In this document: positions 18,341-27,954 of the stretch, one piece after another
How the letters are laid out: every line of letters begins with the position of its first letter
Position numbering within the stretch: position 1 is the stretch's first letter
Virus record (IMG/VR): IMGVR_UViG_3300012953_006567
Location: 1 to 35,972 of that record
From: a virus
Taxonomy: Duplodnaviria; Caudoviricetes
DNA: 35,972 nucleotides
Direction: 5' to 3' (one strand)
Notes under the pieces: model-generated
Databases searched by the model: none
Told to the model about the DNA's origin: nothing
Seen by the model: only the letters and a program-made list of their open reading frames with translations
Position numbers and translations under genes: made by a program

Positions 18341-19174
18341 TCAAATATCGAATTTATTTATGCCCTTTTCTACCCAATCCTTATCGGTCAATCTTTGATG
18401 TCCTCGTAGCCATAATTTTTCATGTTCTGATTTTGAAATTTTATCTTCTGTGATTTTTAAATTCAATTTTTTAATGAATGAATTAATCACATTACTATCG
18501 AATTCTTTTTGATTAATATTAGGATTCTTTTCTAACAACCCACCGATAACATCCGAAACATCTCCTTCAAATTTCAAATTGTCCACTTCTTCATCTCTTA
18601 AATACATAGATTTCAATGTTTTTTTATAATCTAAGTCTCGTATTTTATTTGCTAAATCTGTATGTAGTGAATAACTAATAGCAACACTTGTTTCTACCCA
18701 ATCAAAAACAGATATCTTACCATTACCAATGGCCTTTTTCCATTTACCATCAATCTTGAACAAAGTATCATTTCTACCACTTTGTTTGGTTTCAATACCA
18801 TATTTACCACACTCTTTACTAACCGTATCGATTAATAAATCAAGAGTTTTATCAGGTTCAAGTTTACTGAACAATGTTATGTTGGTGATTTGTGGGCCTT
18901 CAAGGTAGAAAGCTATATTTTCATTTGGAGTTTCTCTCCAATTATCCTCAACTAATATTGTTGCATCAAAGGTTCGTATTTTATCTTCTAATTTTTCTAA
19001 AATGTGTGTTAAATCAGTTGGATAGATACCAAAAAATGTTGCAGTTTCTTTCTCCAATGACCAACGAATCAAAGTTGGTTGTTCGATTTCTACTATATGC
19101 TGGTATTCCCAAATTCCTACATGAACCTCTGGTGAAACCAATCCCAAGTCTACATATCTAACTTGATTTTCCAT
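18341..19174 (-). CDS. Divergent lipoate-protein ligase (BPL/LplA/LipB superfamily)-like protein
   Basis: N-terminal YVDLG, PTLIRW, GRND...KKAIGNG (conserved Lys). Lacks the RRxSGGG motif. ORF track extends to 19216. Confidence 0.6.
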   Translation of the reverse strand: MENQVRYVDLGLVSPEVHVGIWEYQHIVEIEQPTLIRWSLEKETATFFGIYPTDLTHILEKLEDKIRTFDATILVEDNWRETPNENIAFYLEGPQITNITLFSKLEPDKTLDLLIDTVSKECGKYGIETKQSGRNDTLFKIDGKWKKAIGNGKISVFDWVETSVAISYSLHTDLANKIRDLDYKKTLKSMYLRDEEVDNLKFEGDVSDVIGGLLEKNPNINQKEFDSNVINSFIKKLNLKITEDKISKSEHEKLWLRGHQRLTDKDWVEKGINKFDI

Positions 19175-19637
19175 TCCATTCAGAATAGTCGGTATAATCT
19201 TCGAATAATTCCTCACCTTTGACTATATCACGGTTGGATACATACTTGAAATCCCTACTACCAATTACCTCTACATCAAGGTTTGGTGTATCAGAATGAT
19301 TTTGAAAGAACCAATTGGATTGCCAATTCAAACCTTTGGTCGTGTACATCCATATCTTACCATATTCTTCTTTCCAAGTGAAGTCTTTATTGTTTGGTTT
19401 TGTTCCAACACTAATTTGAGTATCGTAGATACATTGAATTAACCCATCACAAAAGTGTGAAACATCTTTCCAATCCACCCATACTCGAATACTCCTATCA
19501 CATTTATCATACACACTTGTACCTTTTGGAATATCTCTAATTGCAACACTACCAACTCCATCACATATTGTTGATGGCCAAGGACGAGCCCATATGTGAT
19601 TTTCGTACCAGTCTATAACAAAATCCTTATTGGTCAT
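19158..19637 (-). CDS. SET domain protein (lysine methyltransferase fold)
   Basis: GVGSVAIRDIPKGT, FQNHSDTPN, RDIVKGEELFEDY. ORF track extends to 19655. Confidence 0.88.
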   Translation of the reverse strand: MTNKDFVIDWYENHIWARPWPSTICDGVGSVAIRDIPKGTSVYDKCDRSIRVWVDWKDVSHFCDGLIQCIYDTQISVGTKPNNKDFTWKEEYGKIWMYTTKGLNWQSNWFFQNHSDTPNLDVEVIGSRDFKYVSNRDIVKGEELFEDYTDYSEWNGKSS

Positions 19638-20535
19638 ACACCACTTCTTTTTCATTGTAGATTAGATATATACCACTTGAAATTAAAAGTAATCCAAATA
19701 TTTGCCATAATGATGGAGTCATGGTTAGAAAGAAATAACCGAGTGATACTCCAAATATAGGTGTTCCTAATTCAACAATACTTGTATTAGTTGCACCAAT
19801 ATTCTTTACCGCTATCCAATAACAAAGATAAGCGATAAAACTTGCCACTACTGAAATGTAAGTGATTGCAAGTAATCCGTTAAATGTAACTTCTGAAATC
19901 GTTGTAGTGGGTGATTGAAATAATGAAACATAAACAAACACACTCAAAAAATCATAAAATACAATTGTAAGTGGTTTGTACTTTTTCATAATACCTTGTC
20001 CTACTATGAGATAGGCTACCCAAGTCAAACAGGCTGCAACATCTAATAACACACCTTTAGTGTTTAGACCTTCAAGTGAGAATGATGGTATCAATTCAAT
20101 GGCAAACATACAACCGAGTGTTCCCAATCCTAATGCAATCTTCCTATTATTACTAAATTTCTCCCCATAGTAAAATATGGAAATCAAACATAGTATGAAT
20201 GGATACATATAAAATATTGCATAAATCACAGGTAGGTTCGGGTCAAGTAATTCCCAAGCAAACCAATACACCAATAAGTGTGCTGCAAGTATTACACCAT
20301 TGATAAAAAATTGTTTTCTATCTTCCTTCTCAACATAAAACAAATTTTCGCCTGTTGTTTGTTTCTTCCATAACATCACCCCACCAAACAATAATGTGGC
20401 GATTAGAAATCTAACCGATAGAACTGATACGGGTCCTGCTCCTTCTGCAAATATAAAACTACCAGTTACTTCGAGAGTTGACCAAGCGAATACTGCAGTC
20501 GCTATTGCTATAAATCCTTTTAAAAATTTATTCAT
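19627..20535 (-). CDS. EamA/DMT family transporter
   Basis: About 10 hydrophobic segments in two repeats; VRFLIA, Y-x-YP, IGATNTSI, P-IFG motifs. Confidence 0.88.
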   Translation of the reverse strand: MNKFLKGFIAIATAVFAWSTLEVTGSFIFAEGAGPVSVLSVRFLIATLLFGGVMLWKKQTTGENLFYVEKEDRKQFFINGVILAAHLLVYWFAWELLDPNLPVIYAIFYMYPFILCLISIFYYGEKFSNNRKIALGLGTLGCMFAIELIPSFSLEGLNTKGVLLDVAACLTWVAYLIVGQGIMKKYKPLTIVFYDFLSVFVYVSLFQSPTTTISEVTFNGLLAITYISVVASFIAYLCYWIAVKNIGATNTSIVELGTPIFGVSLGYFFLTMTPSLWQIFGLLLISSGIYLIYNEKEVVYDQ

Positions 20536-21403
20536 TTTCTTTTCCTACCTTTAAAGTAAAACCATAATACAATTTAACCTTTAAATCACCTTCTCCACTT
20601 AATTCAGCAGAAACAAATTGATTGGATTCTCCATACTGATACACAACACCATAAAGTGCTTGTGTTTCATCTTCGGTTCTTTCCAAACCACCAATTAGTC
20701 CTAAACCTTTTAGATGCCACATATTAGGTAGTCTAATAACGGCTCTTCCCCATTGATAATCTTCTCTAAATTCTGTAACATAATCTACAAACTCACTATA
20801 TCCACTTATATCAAGTGCCTGTTTGTTTTGGTCATCAAGTGATACACCAACAAAGTGATCACCAAACTCATAACTCACACGACCTGATGTGTATTCCTCG
20901 AATCCATTTTCTATATCACTACCGTAATAGCTTTCTAAGAACCACTTACCAACTCCACCATAGATAGTAACACCATCTCCAAAATATAACAAACCAACAT
21001 CGTTAGGTGTTGGTGTTTGATAGGTAAATTTATCACCTCTTGTTAAATCCAAATATGGAACATTAGAACCAAATGGAATTGGTTGTCTACCCAAAACAAC
21101 CGTGAACTTATCGGTATAAGGTTTGTAGTATAACTCCTCGACATAAACACTACCTCTCGCCCAAGGTGCGTCCAAGAACATCGATATTCCCCACTTTGAA
21201 TCATCGCCCTTTATGAATGACCAAACATATGGCTTCTCAAAAACAAAATGGTCTTTATATTCATCACCATTTCTATCATCACTACCTTCTGGATCATATT
21301 TCTCACTAATCGTAGTGTATCCTACTATACTATTTTTGATTGTTGCCATCTGTGAAAATCCAACGGTAAAAAAACATAATAGTATAGTTACTATTTTATT
21401 CAT
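20528..21403 (-). CDS. Secreted protein, probable outer-membrane beta-barrel (porin-like)
   Basis: Signal peptide MNKIVTILLCFFTVGFS/Q; VEELYY..VVLGRQPIPFG; alternating aromatic/Gly strands; ends YYGFTLKV plus a short tail. Confidence 0.6.
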   Translation of the reverse strand: MNKIVTILLCFFTVGFSQMATIKNSIVGYTTISEKYDPEGSDDRNGDEYKDHFVFEKPYVWSFIKGDDSKWGISMFLDAPWARGSVYVEELYYKPYTDKFTVVLGRQPIPFGSNVPYLDLTRGDKFTYQTPTPNDVGLLYFGDGVTIYGGVGKWFLESYYGSDIENGFEEYTSGRVSYEFGDHFVGVSLDDQNKQALDISGYSEFVDYVTEFREDYQWGRAVIRLPNMWHLKGLGLIGGLERTEDETQALYGVVYQYGESNQFVSAELSGEGDLKVKLYYGFTLKVGKENE

Positions 21404-21920
21404 AACTAAACTCCATGTTTATAGATATTCTATATTCCTTCCCATATATAAAATTTGTTGTATGGTATAACCAATTTGGAAAAACAACCAATGAATTTTC
21501 AATCGGTCTATGTGAAAACTCGTTAGATTCTTCTTTGAATGTTATCTCACCCCCAACCATACCTTTTGGTACACTTAGATAGTACACCCCAACCATACTA
21601 TCCGAAGTAGTGATGTGATTGTGCCAATTTAACGGACAATAATCTTCATTATTCACCATAGGGAAATATCGTCTTTTGTATGAAATTGGTCTATCATAAG
21701 TATCAAAGTTATCCTTACAAAACTCAATAAATTTAGCGTACAAATCTTTGAATATTCCCTCATCAGTATCGGTCATTACATTGTAACCAGCATTATCAAA
21801 CACTTCATTATAGTAGATTTCAACGATGTTTTTCCTTGAAACTTCTATTGGTGAGTTTTTGAAATCCAAAAAATTTAACTCTTGATATACAGGTAAACTA
21901 TTATGTATTTGTTTCATCAA
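21396..21920 (-). CDS. Putative 2OG-Fe(II) oxygenase
   Basis: WHNH, GVYYL, GGEI, FPNWLYH, RISINM. Confidence 0.8.
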   Translation of the reverse strand: MMKQIHNSLPVYQELNFLDFKNSPIEVSRKNIVEIYYNEVFDNAGYNVMTDTDEGIFKDLYAKFIEFCKDNFDTYDRPISYKRRYFPMVNNEDYCPLNWHNHITTSDSMVGVYYLSVPKGMVGGEITFKEESNEFSHRPIENSLVVFPNWLYHTTNFIYGKEYRISINMEFSYE

Positions 21921-22614
21921 GTTTTCTCAATTCTTCTATGTTAGGAATTAATTCATATGTTTTATCTGTTTTGTAACACTTTTCCGATACCATCAAATCA
22001 CCAATAATATCATTTAGAAAAGTGTCCTCAACATCAATATCTAACTTTCCTAATAAATCACAAAAATTGTTACGATGTTTATCAGTATAACTATTTCTCG
22101 AAAATAAATCCTCATAACTATACACTATAAAATCATCATCTATAAAATTTAAAAAATATCCCATTTTATCTCTTACATCATCTATTTTTTGTCTTACAAT
22201 ATCAACATCTATCTCATTAAATTCATATCCACTTTTATAAACTTTATGTCGACCAATTGGTGCAACCCAATGATTGGTTTGTATTGCAAGTTCTTCTGAT
22301 ATAACCTTTTCCCAAATGTTTTCCCTATGTAATAAAATCTTCTGAATTGGATAATCTAATAATTCATCTATTATATTGAAAAATGCTGGTTCGTCCCAAT
22401 TTATCTTACATCCACTATATTGGTCAAATAATTCATTCAAACACCAAGTTGAATTATAATCCCAAATATTTTTTGGAAATGGTAAATCAAATTGTTTCCA
22501 AGTTCTTGGTGGTGCATCAAACCAAACAAATTTTTTATTACTCAATTGACTTATAGCATTCATCAGATGATTCGAACCTGTCCTTTTCATCGACAATAAC
22601 ATAAATTTATTCAC
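21901..22614 (-). CDS. Sulfotransferase (Stf0-like)
   Basis: 5'-PSB loop MKRTGSNHL, 3'-PB R-x-N...S (HRENIWEKVIS), YEDL. Confidence 0.8.
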   Translation of the reverse strand: MNKFMLLSMKRTGSNHLMNAISQLSNKKFVWFDAPPRTWKQFDLPFPKNIWDYNSTWCLNELFDQYSGCKINWDEPAFFNIIDELLDYPIQKILLHRENIWEKVISEELAIQTNHWVAPIGRHKVYKSGYEFNEIDVDIVRQKIDDVRDKMGYFLNFIDDDFIVYSYEDLFSRNSYTDKHRNNFCDLLGKLDIDVEDTFLNDIIGDLMVSEKCYKTDKTYELIPNIEELRKLDETNT

Positions 22615-23026
22615 TTACAAATCCACACCTTAAAACTATTTCATGACTTGGTTTATTCCATTCATCAATCTGTGACCATATAAAATCATGTTTTAGTTTA
22701 GAAATGTTAAGAATATACCACATCATTTGTATACCATAACCTGCACCTCTTTGTGATTTCTCCACATATAAATTTTTACATTCTTTTGTGTTATTGTCCA
22801 TCCAAACCCAACCATCACAATTTTTTAAATTTAAGAAATCCCAACCATTATTTAATCTATGTTCAGCATCGTCTACATTCCACATCAAATCCCAATTCAA
22901 CTCTGATTGAAATTTCTCAATGGACTTTTCCAATTTGTACTTATTTATTTCTCTTACATATTCTACATTATGTACATTTGGACAGAATGTGTAATCTTCT
23001 AAGTATCGTGTGTATTTAATCATCAA
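22607..23026 (-). CDS. GNAT family acetyltransferase
   Basis: LYVEKSQRGAGYG (motif A), N-x-PS...GF (motif B). Confidence 0.75.
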   Translation of the reverse strand: MMIKYTRYLEDYTFCPNVHNVEYVREINKYKLEKSIEKFQSELNWDLMWNVDDAEHRLNNGWDFLNLKNCDGWVWMDNNTKECKNLYVEKSQRGAGYGIQMMWYILNISKLKHDFIWSQIDEWNKPSHEIVLRCGFVSE

Positions 23027-23660
23027 AAAATGAATCTAAATATTCAGACTTTCTATCATCCTCAGTTTTACTGGGCAATCCAAGAAATTTTCTCTTATCA
23101 TACTTGTATTCACTAAATTCACCATTCTTTCTAACATAATGTATGAATAACTGAACACATTCGTAACCTGAAAAAGGTAATCTCCAATGATTCATCGTTG
23201 TACCTGAGTAAAAACACATATCACCCATTTCAAGAATAATAGATTTGGATGGTGATGATCTTGCAGATTCCTCAAACCCCTCTGGTCCATACTTTTCAAA
23301 GTCGTACTTTTGCATCATAATAGGCCACTTTTTATCGAAATATATCGGTAAGGTAGCACTAAATTCACAAGAGGGTCTATCACAATGTGGTTCTAAAATA
23401 TCACCTTTGTTGTAGATTCTCAAAAAGGTATAACAAGGATACAACTCCTCACCAATTACACTTTCGGCTATCGGTAGAGTCCACTTCAATATAGCATCAT
23501 TTAATGTATCACCATACATTGTGATGGTACCAGGTACCTGTTGGGCATCTAAATCGAACTCACTGTTGTGTATTTTTATCTGATAATAATTGTATATTAA
23601 TTCGAGTACATCTTTGTGTATAACATTACTCTTGACTTCATAACCATTTTTACTGAACAC
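23016..23660 (-). CDS. 2OG-Fe(II) oxygenase (phage type)
   Basis: RIYNKGDILEPHCDRPSCEFS (HxD), GDM..Y.G...HWR, QLFIHY. Confidence 0.82.
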   Translation of the reverse strand: MFSKNGYEVKSNVIHKDVLELIYNYYQIKIHNSEFDLDAQQVPGTITMYGDTLNDAILKWTLPIAESVIGEELYPCYTFLRIYNKGDILEPHCDRPSCEFSATLPIYFDKKWPIMMQKYDFEKYGPEGFEESARSSPSKSIILEMGDMCFYSGTTMNHWRLPFSGYECVQLFIHYVRKNGEFSEYKYDKRKFLGLPSKTEDDRKSEYLDSFFDD

Positions 23661-23661
23661 A

Positions 23662-24153
23662 TTAACTCCAAGGTGGTATTACATAAGGTCCTTCTGATGA
23701 AGTTGCCGGTACTAAATAACTCTCGGTCAAAACCTCATCTTCAAAATGACGATATTTGTAGTAGGAACCCGTATCATAATTTGAATTGAATGAATGAGTT
23801 GCTTCGGTATCCTCTATTGCCAAGGTGTAGACCTCTTCGAAATGAGATTGACTCATATGAGAAGCACTCACCATAAGGGTTGCTAAACCATCATCTAACT
23901 CATTTTTCCACCAAGACCAACTGCCTGTTAAATCAGTAACATTATCAAATGTATGAATTACTTGTCTTGCTGCCACACATGGTTTTTGGTCTACTATATC
24001 TGCTATAGCTATTGGGGGCATAAAAGAACCACTTGGTGGTGGATATCCGTAATCAATAGGTTCATCGGACAAGTAAACACTACCTGATTCATCAACTTGA
24101 ATTGATGAGGTGTTCATTAGTAGATGACCCGATATCTTAAATGTTTTTGGCAT
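23662..24153 (-). CDS. Hypothetical acidic protein with many [S/T]-x-S motifs
   Basis: 163 aa, AGGA SD; TSSI, SGSV, SGSF, TGSW, SASH, SQSH, THSF, TGSY, TESY, TSSE. Confidence 0.7.
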   Translation of the reverse strand: MPKTFKISGHLLMNTSSIQVDESGSVYLSDEPIDYGYPPPSGSFMPPIAIADIVDQKPCVAARQVIHTFDNVTDLTGSWSWWKNELDDGLATLMVSASHMSQSHFEEVYTLAIEDTEATHSFNSNYDTGSYYKYRHFEDEVLTESYLVPATSSEGPYVIPPWS

Positions 24154-24165
24154 ATTTAATTCCTA

Positions 24166-26835
24166 TTAATTTTCAAATTGACCACCCTCATGGTAGGCTC
24201 GATTATTAGGATGACCACTATTAATATTTACCGCCATTGCTCCAACTTGAGCTGAAGGTAAAACCGTATCCCAAATCAAAACCTTAGACCATATCCAATC
24301 CCCATCTGAACTCGATGGATTCGGATACGCATTACCACCAAACGATACGGTATTACTTGGTGCCCGTGGATTTGATTGTGGTGTTGGAAAAGCGTGAGTG
24401 GTTTGCATCACACCAGCTACAAACGGACTTGGTTGGTCGAAATCTTGATACCATCCCACACGAGGATTTGATGATTGTAGAGTCAACGCCATAAATTTTT
24501 GTTTAGCATAATATTGTGTGGTTTTGGGTGATGGTATGGCAAATGCTGCATCAGCAAAAGGTGCTGCATCAAATCCAACAGGTACGGTTTGCCAAGTTTG
24601 AGAAGGACCTAAATACACATAGGTTTGTGCTCCTGGTCCTGATTGACCTGGATAAACTGCCATATCACCATTTGTACTCGGTGAGTGACTCATCCATCTT
24701 CTCCGAGTTGGTGAGTTTGGGTAATGTGTGTTCGTGCCTGGCCAACTACCTGGTCTGATATATGGGCCTCTTGCATATGCAAACATATATGTTGTTGGAT
24801 CCTGAGAACTAAATAATGCACCGGTATGATAGGGATTACCTGGCTGTTTAGTCAATCTGGCTCCCTTGTAATTCTCAGGTAAAGGTATAGCTTTAAACTC
24901 AGGATTTGGATACTTTGGTTGAATAGCTGGATAGTTTGAAATTGTTTGATTTGCCTTTTGATTTGGACTCGATGAAGTAGTCGTGTGTATGGTTAAGTCA
25001 GCATCCAACCTCGTTGTTAAATCATATATGGTGTTATCAGGACTTGAAAAACTACTTGGGTGACCAATATCCCAATGTCCTATTATCTGTGGGCCACTTG
25101 TGAGACTATATTGTGCCGGGCCATTGTGTACTTTTAACCGATTCATAAAGTAATTCTCGGTGGGTAAAATATCGTAAATATCCCAATGTGATTTTTTACC
25201 AGGTACTTCTTTCATACTCACTACCCTACACGGTACCATTGCACCATAAAGAGCCTGTGTGATTTTCATATCCTTTCTCTTCGGTGTAAGACAAATCATA
25301 CCAGGTCTCAACTTCATTACCATCATGTTCTTCACTTCGTAGGTAAGTTCAGGTTTGTAAGAAGCCCAACCATAAGTGGGTTTATCCTTTTTTATACCAG
25401 CCTCATTATGAGTTCCAAATATTTCCTTACCATCGGTTCTATCCATACGAATATTAAACTCTTGTGAGTTTATCACCTTTAATGGTTTTTCAAATAAAAA
25501 TTCACTTGTGAAGTAAGTTCCACTACACTCGAATGTTATCTCCACAACCCTTTCTGGCATTTCTGAATCTTTTGCCCTTGCAAGTATTGCAGAAACTATC
25601 TTGTCCTCTTCACTACTCAGAACAGATTGACCTTCCAATGGATTTGTTATTATACCATCGATTCCACTAATAAAATTATCTGATTTTGCCTGTATTTGAA
25701 ATCCGTGATAATTTAAAGAGTTGTCTAATGTTGTAATACCCTTTACTCTTCTTCGTTCTTTGATGATTTCAATCTTTTCTACCTTTACTTTCTCACCATC
25801 TCGAAGTAAAACATCACCTACTTTCAATAGATGAATAGGTTTGAAATCACCCCTATTATTTTGATACACCAATATTGAACACGAATGGACGAACTCAAAT
25901 TCGTCATTTATTTTAAAATGTCTGTAATGAAATGGATGTACCCTTTCGATTTCCTTATTTATAATGTTTTCATCTACCTCATCATTCAAGAATAAGTTGG
26001 AATGGTCTATTCTGTTTGGAAACTTTGAATTTTCGTGTTCGTGATAATCGTATAATTGAGTATAAACATTTGGAGTCATGTTGTAGGAGTGCTTACGAAA
26101 CATCATTGAGTAATGTTTTACCTCCACATTAAAGCCCGTTTGATAGTCTAAATCACTCTGTATAAACTCTTCCACATAATCATACTCGGATAATTTAGAC
26201 AAAAAGTCTTTTTTGGTATCGAATTTAGATATAGATATACCACTCTTCTTATCTATGTCGCGTTTTTTGAAAACAAAGTACTTCCCTTTCTCATAAATAT
26301 CTTTACCTGAATCCGGAGTAGAAAGAGATTCTTTTTGTAAAAGTCTTTTGAATGCCAACTTATCTTCTGCAAACTTATCAATTGGACAATTTTTATCCCA
26401 AGCAATTCTTAATATGAAATCTCTTCTATCATAATCAAAATTCCATATATCTTCCCCCTTCCAAGGATCATATGTTTGTATTCTTACAGGTGTGTCTTTA
26501 CTTAATAATTGTAACTCCTTGAACCACTTTCCATTTTCAGTAATTTCTCGTGTTCTTTCTTCAATTAAAACAATTATACTTTTATACTCCCACTTCTTCA
26601 CAATTTCAAATATTGGATTGAAGTCGAACCAATCCACTAAATCATCATCAACTGCGGTATTAGTGTTTATTTCTGTAATATATGGTTCGTATTCTCTTGG
26701 AATTATATCCCAGCAATACAATAACGCTTCATTTCTTTTGAGAAAACTTTTATCTCTGAGAAAGAAATGTTCAATATGATCTACTGAATTGTGAACGATG
26801 TGCTTGTAAACTATTTTATCAAATATACTTTTCAT
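24166..26835 (-). CDS. Multidomain protein: circularly permuted ATP-grasp-like + Hint domain(s) + Pro-rich LamG/ConA-like domain
   Basis: D43...EINTNT, FVFKK...GISI, VEEFI; KPIHLLKVGDVLL; GWASYKPELT...NYFMNRLKVHN (N571); then IGHWDIGHPSSF...IYDLT and SKVLIWDTVLPSAQV. Confidence 0.65.
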   Translation of the reverse strand: MKSIFDKIVYKHIVHNSVDHIEHFFLRDKSFLKRNEALLYCWDIIPREYEPYITEINTNTAVDDDLVDWFDFNPIFEIVKKWEYKSIIVLIEERTREITENGKWFKELQLLSKDTPVRIQTYDPWKGEDIWNFDYDRRDFILRIAWDKNCPIDKFAEDKLAFKRLLQKESLSTPDSGKDIYEKGKYFVFKKRDIDKKSGISISKFDTKKDFLSKLSEYDYVEEFIQSDLDYQTGFNVEVKHYSMMFRKHSYNMTPNVYTQLYDYHEHENSKFPNRIDHSNLFLNDEVDENIINKEIERVHPFHYRHFKINDEFEFVHSCSILVYQNNRGDFKPIHLLKVGDVLLRDGEKVKVEKIEIIKERRRVKGITTLDNSLNYHGFQIQAKSDNFISGIDGIITNPLEGQSVLSSEEDKIVSAILARAKDSEMPERVVEITFECSGTYFTSEFLFEKPLKVINSQEFNIRMDRTDGKEIFGTHNEAGIKKDKPTYGWASYKPELTYEVKNMMVMKLRPGMICLTPKRKDMKITQALYGAMVPCRVVSMKEVPGKKSHWDIYDILPTENYFMNRLKVHNGPAQYSLTSGPQIIGHWDIGHPSSFSSPDNTIYDLTTRLDADLTIHTTTSSSPNQKANQTISNYPAIQPKYPNPEFKAIPLPENYKGARLTKQPGNPYHTGALFSSQDPTTYMFAYARGPYIRPGSWPGTNTHYPNSPTRRRWMSHSPSTNGDMAVYPGQSGPGAQTYVYLGPSQTWQTVPVGFDAAPFADAAFAIPSPKTTQYYAKQKFMALTLQSSNPRVGWYQDFDQPSPFVAGVMQTTHAFPTPQSNPRAPSNTVSFGGNAYPNPSSSDGDWIWSKVLIWDTVLPSAQVGAMAVNINSGHPNNRAYHEGGQFEN

Positions 26836-26838
26836 ATC

Positions 26839-26850
26839 TATAAATATATA
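26839..26850 (-). promoter_or_regulatory. Putative phage promoter TATATATTTATA, 3 nt before ATG
   Basis: One mismatch to the motif at 12841 and 35129; in a 30-nt intergenic gap with no SD. Confidence 0.5.
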
Positions 26851-26865
26851 TTATTACGAAAAATG

Positions 26866-27501
26866 TTATTTAAAACATGGGCCGTGTATCCAAGTAACTA
26901 TTGAATATCGGTTTCCCTTTGTTACAGGTTTGACTGCATGCATTAAATATGAAGGAAAAAATATTATAGTTCCCGCAGTTTTAGGATAGTGGATTATATC
27001 AGTTCCATCGTGATTTTTACCCACTCCATCAAATACTAATTCACCACCTTCATAATCATCATTTACTAATATTGTACAGGATAGTTTTCTAAAACACGAT
27101 GGTGCTGCTCCACCGACATCCATATGAAAATCGTATTTTCCTTTTTCATTACTATCGTATCTTAGATATATTGAGGTTTCAAGAAATCCGTGTAAATCAA
27201 ACCCATAAACATTCTGATTGGCACTCCAAACCAATTCCTCTAACTTTTGATAAAACCAGTCAAATTCTCTTATGTGTGGTATTGGGGTTTCATATGCAAC
27301 TCTTTCAGAATCCTCGCCCCTTTGACCAAAACTAGCATCTCCATGAGTAAGAGCAGGGGTTTCTTCTAAATCCCCAATCTTTAAAAGTTGCTTTAACCTT
27401 TTTAACTCGAATTCATTATATGCACCCTCAATAGCAAATGGGAAACTCAATTCTCTCTGTGAGAGTTCCATAGTTTTTGATAATATTCCAGCTCTTAACA
27501 T
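26866..27501 (-). CDS. 2OG-Fe(II) oxygenase, prolyl 4-hydroxylase/PKHD-type
   Basis: YDFHMD (HxD), RKLS, YEGGEL, FPSYLMHAVKPVTKGNRYSIVTW. Confidence 0.9.
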   Translation of the reverse strand: MLRAGILSKTMELSQRELSFPFAIEGAYNEFELKRLKQLLKIGDLEETPALTHGDASFGQRGEDSERVAYETPIPHIREFDWFYQKLEELVWSANQNVYGFDLHGFLETSIYLRYDSNEKGKYDFHMDVGGAAPSCFRKLSCTILVNDDYEGGELVFDGVGKNHDGTDIIHYPKTAGTIIFFPSYLMHAVKPVTKGNRYSIVTWIHGPCFK

Positions 27502-27954
27502 TTAATTCTCCAATTTAATTTCTTTATATTTTTTCTTTTCATGTTCTGAGACATCCAACCTCCATTCAAAATCAGGTTTCATACTCACATCGAATACACT
27601 ATCGAAAATAAATAAAGATTTATCCGACATTGGTTTATGTTCGATTACTCGTTTGGTGAAAAAACCACCCTTCCATAACTGAAAGGTCAAAAATTGATGA
27701 GTTTTCTCTTGGGATTTCTCGTAATAAAATATTTTGGTATTGTATTTTTCATCATCGAACTTATAGTAAATAGATTTACCCAATCTTCTTTCCGTTTCCC
27801 TTGAAAAATCCTTTAAGTGTGATTCTATTAATCCGATAAACAATTCATTATTCTGATAATTATCTTCTTTAATCAAATCATCTAATAAGAAATTGTCTCG
27901 GCAAAAATATATTAACGAACCTATTACATTTGGAACTACTTGATATGGATTCAT
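27502..27954 (-). CDS. Hypothetical protein
   Basis: ATGA-coupled ORF (ORF track extends to 27972); no recognised motif. Confidence 0.6.
   Translation of the reverse strand: MNPYQVVPNVIGSLIYFCRDNFLLDDLIKEDNYQNNELFIGLIESHLKDFSRETERRLGKSIYYKFDDEKYNTKIFYYEKSQEKTHQFLTFQLWKGGFFTKRVIEHKPMSDKSLFIFDSVFDVSMKPDFEWRLDVSEHEKKKYKEIKLEN

Noticed and set aside
25123-26000. Canonical splicing intein with homing endonuclease
   Set aside because: No LAGLIDADG or HNH motif, no clear N-terminal Cys, and the +1 residue is Gly. Treated as a cleavage-type Hint instead.
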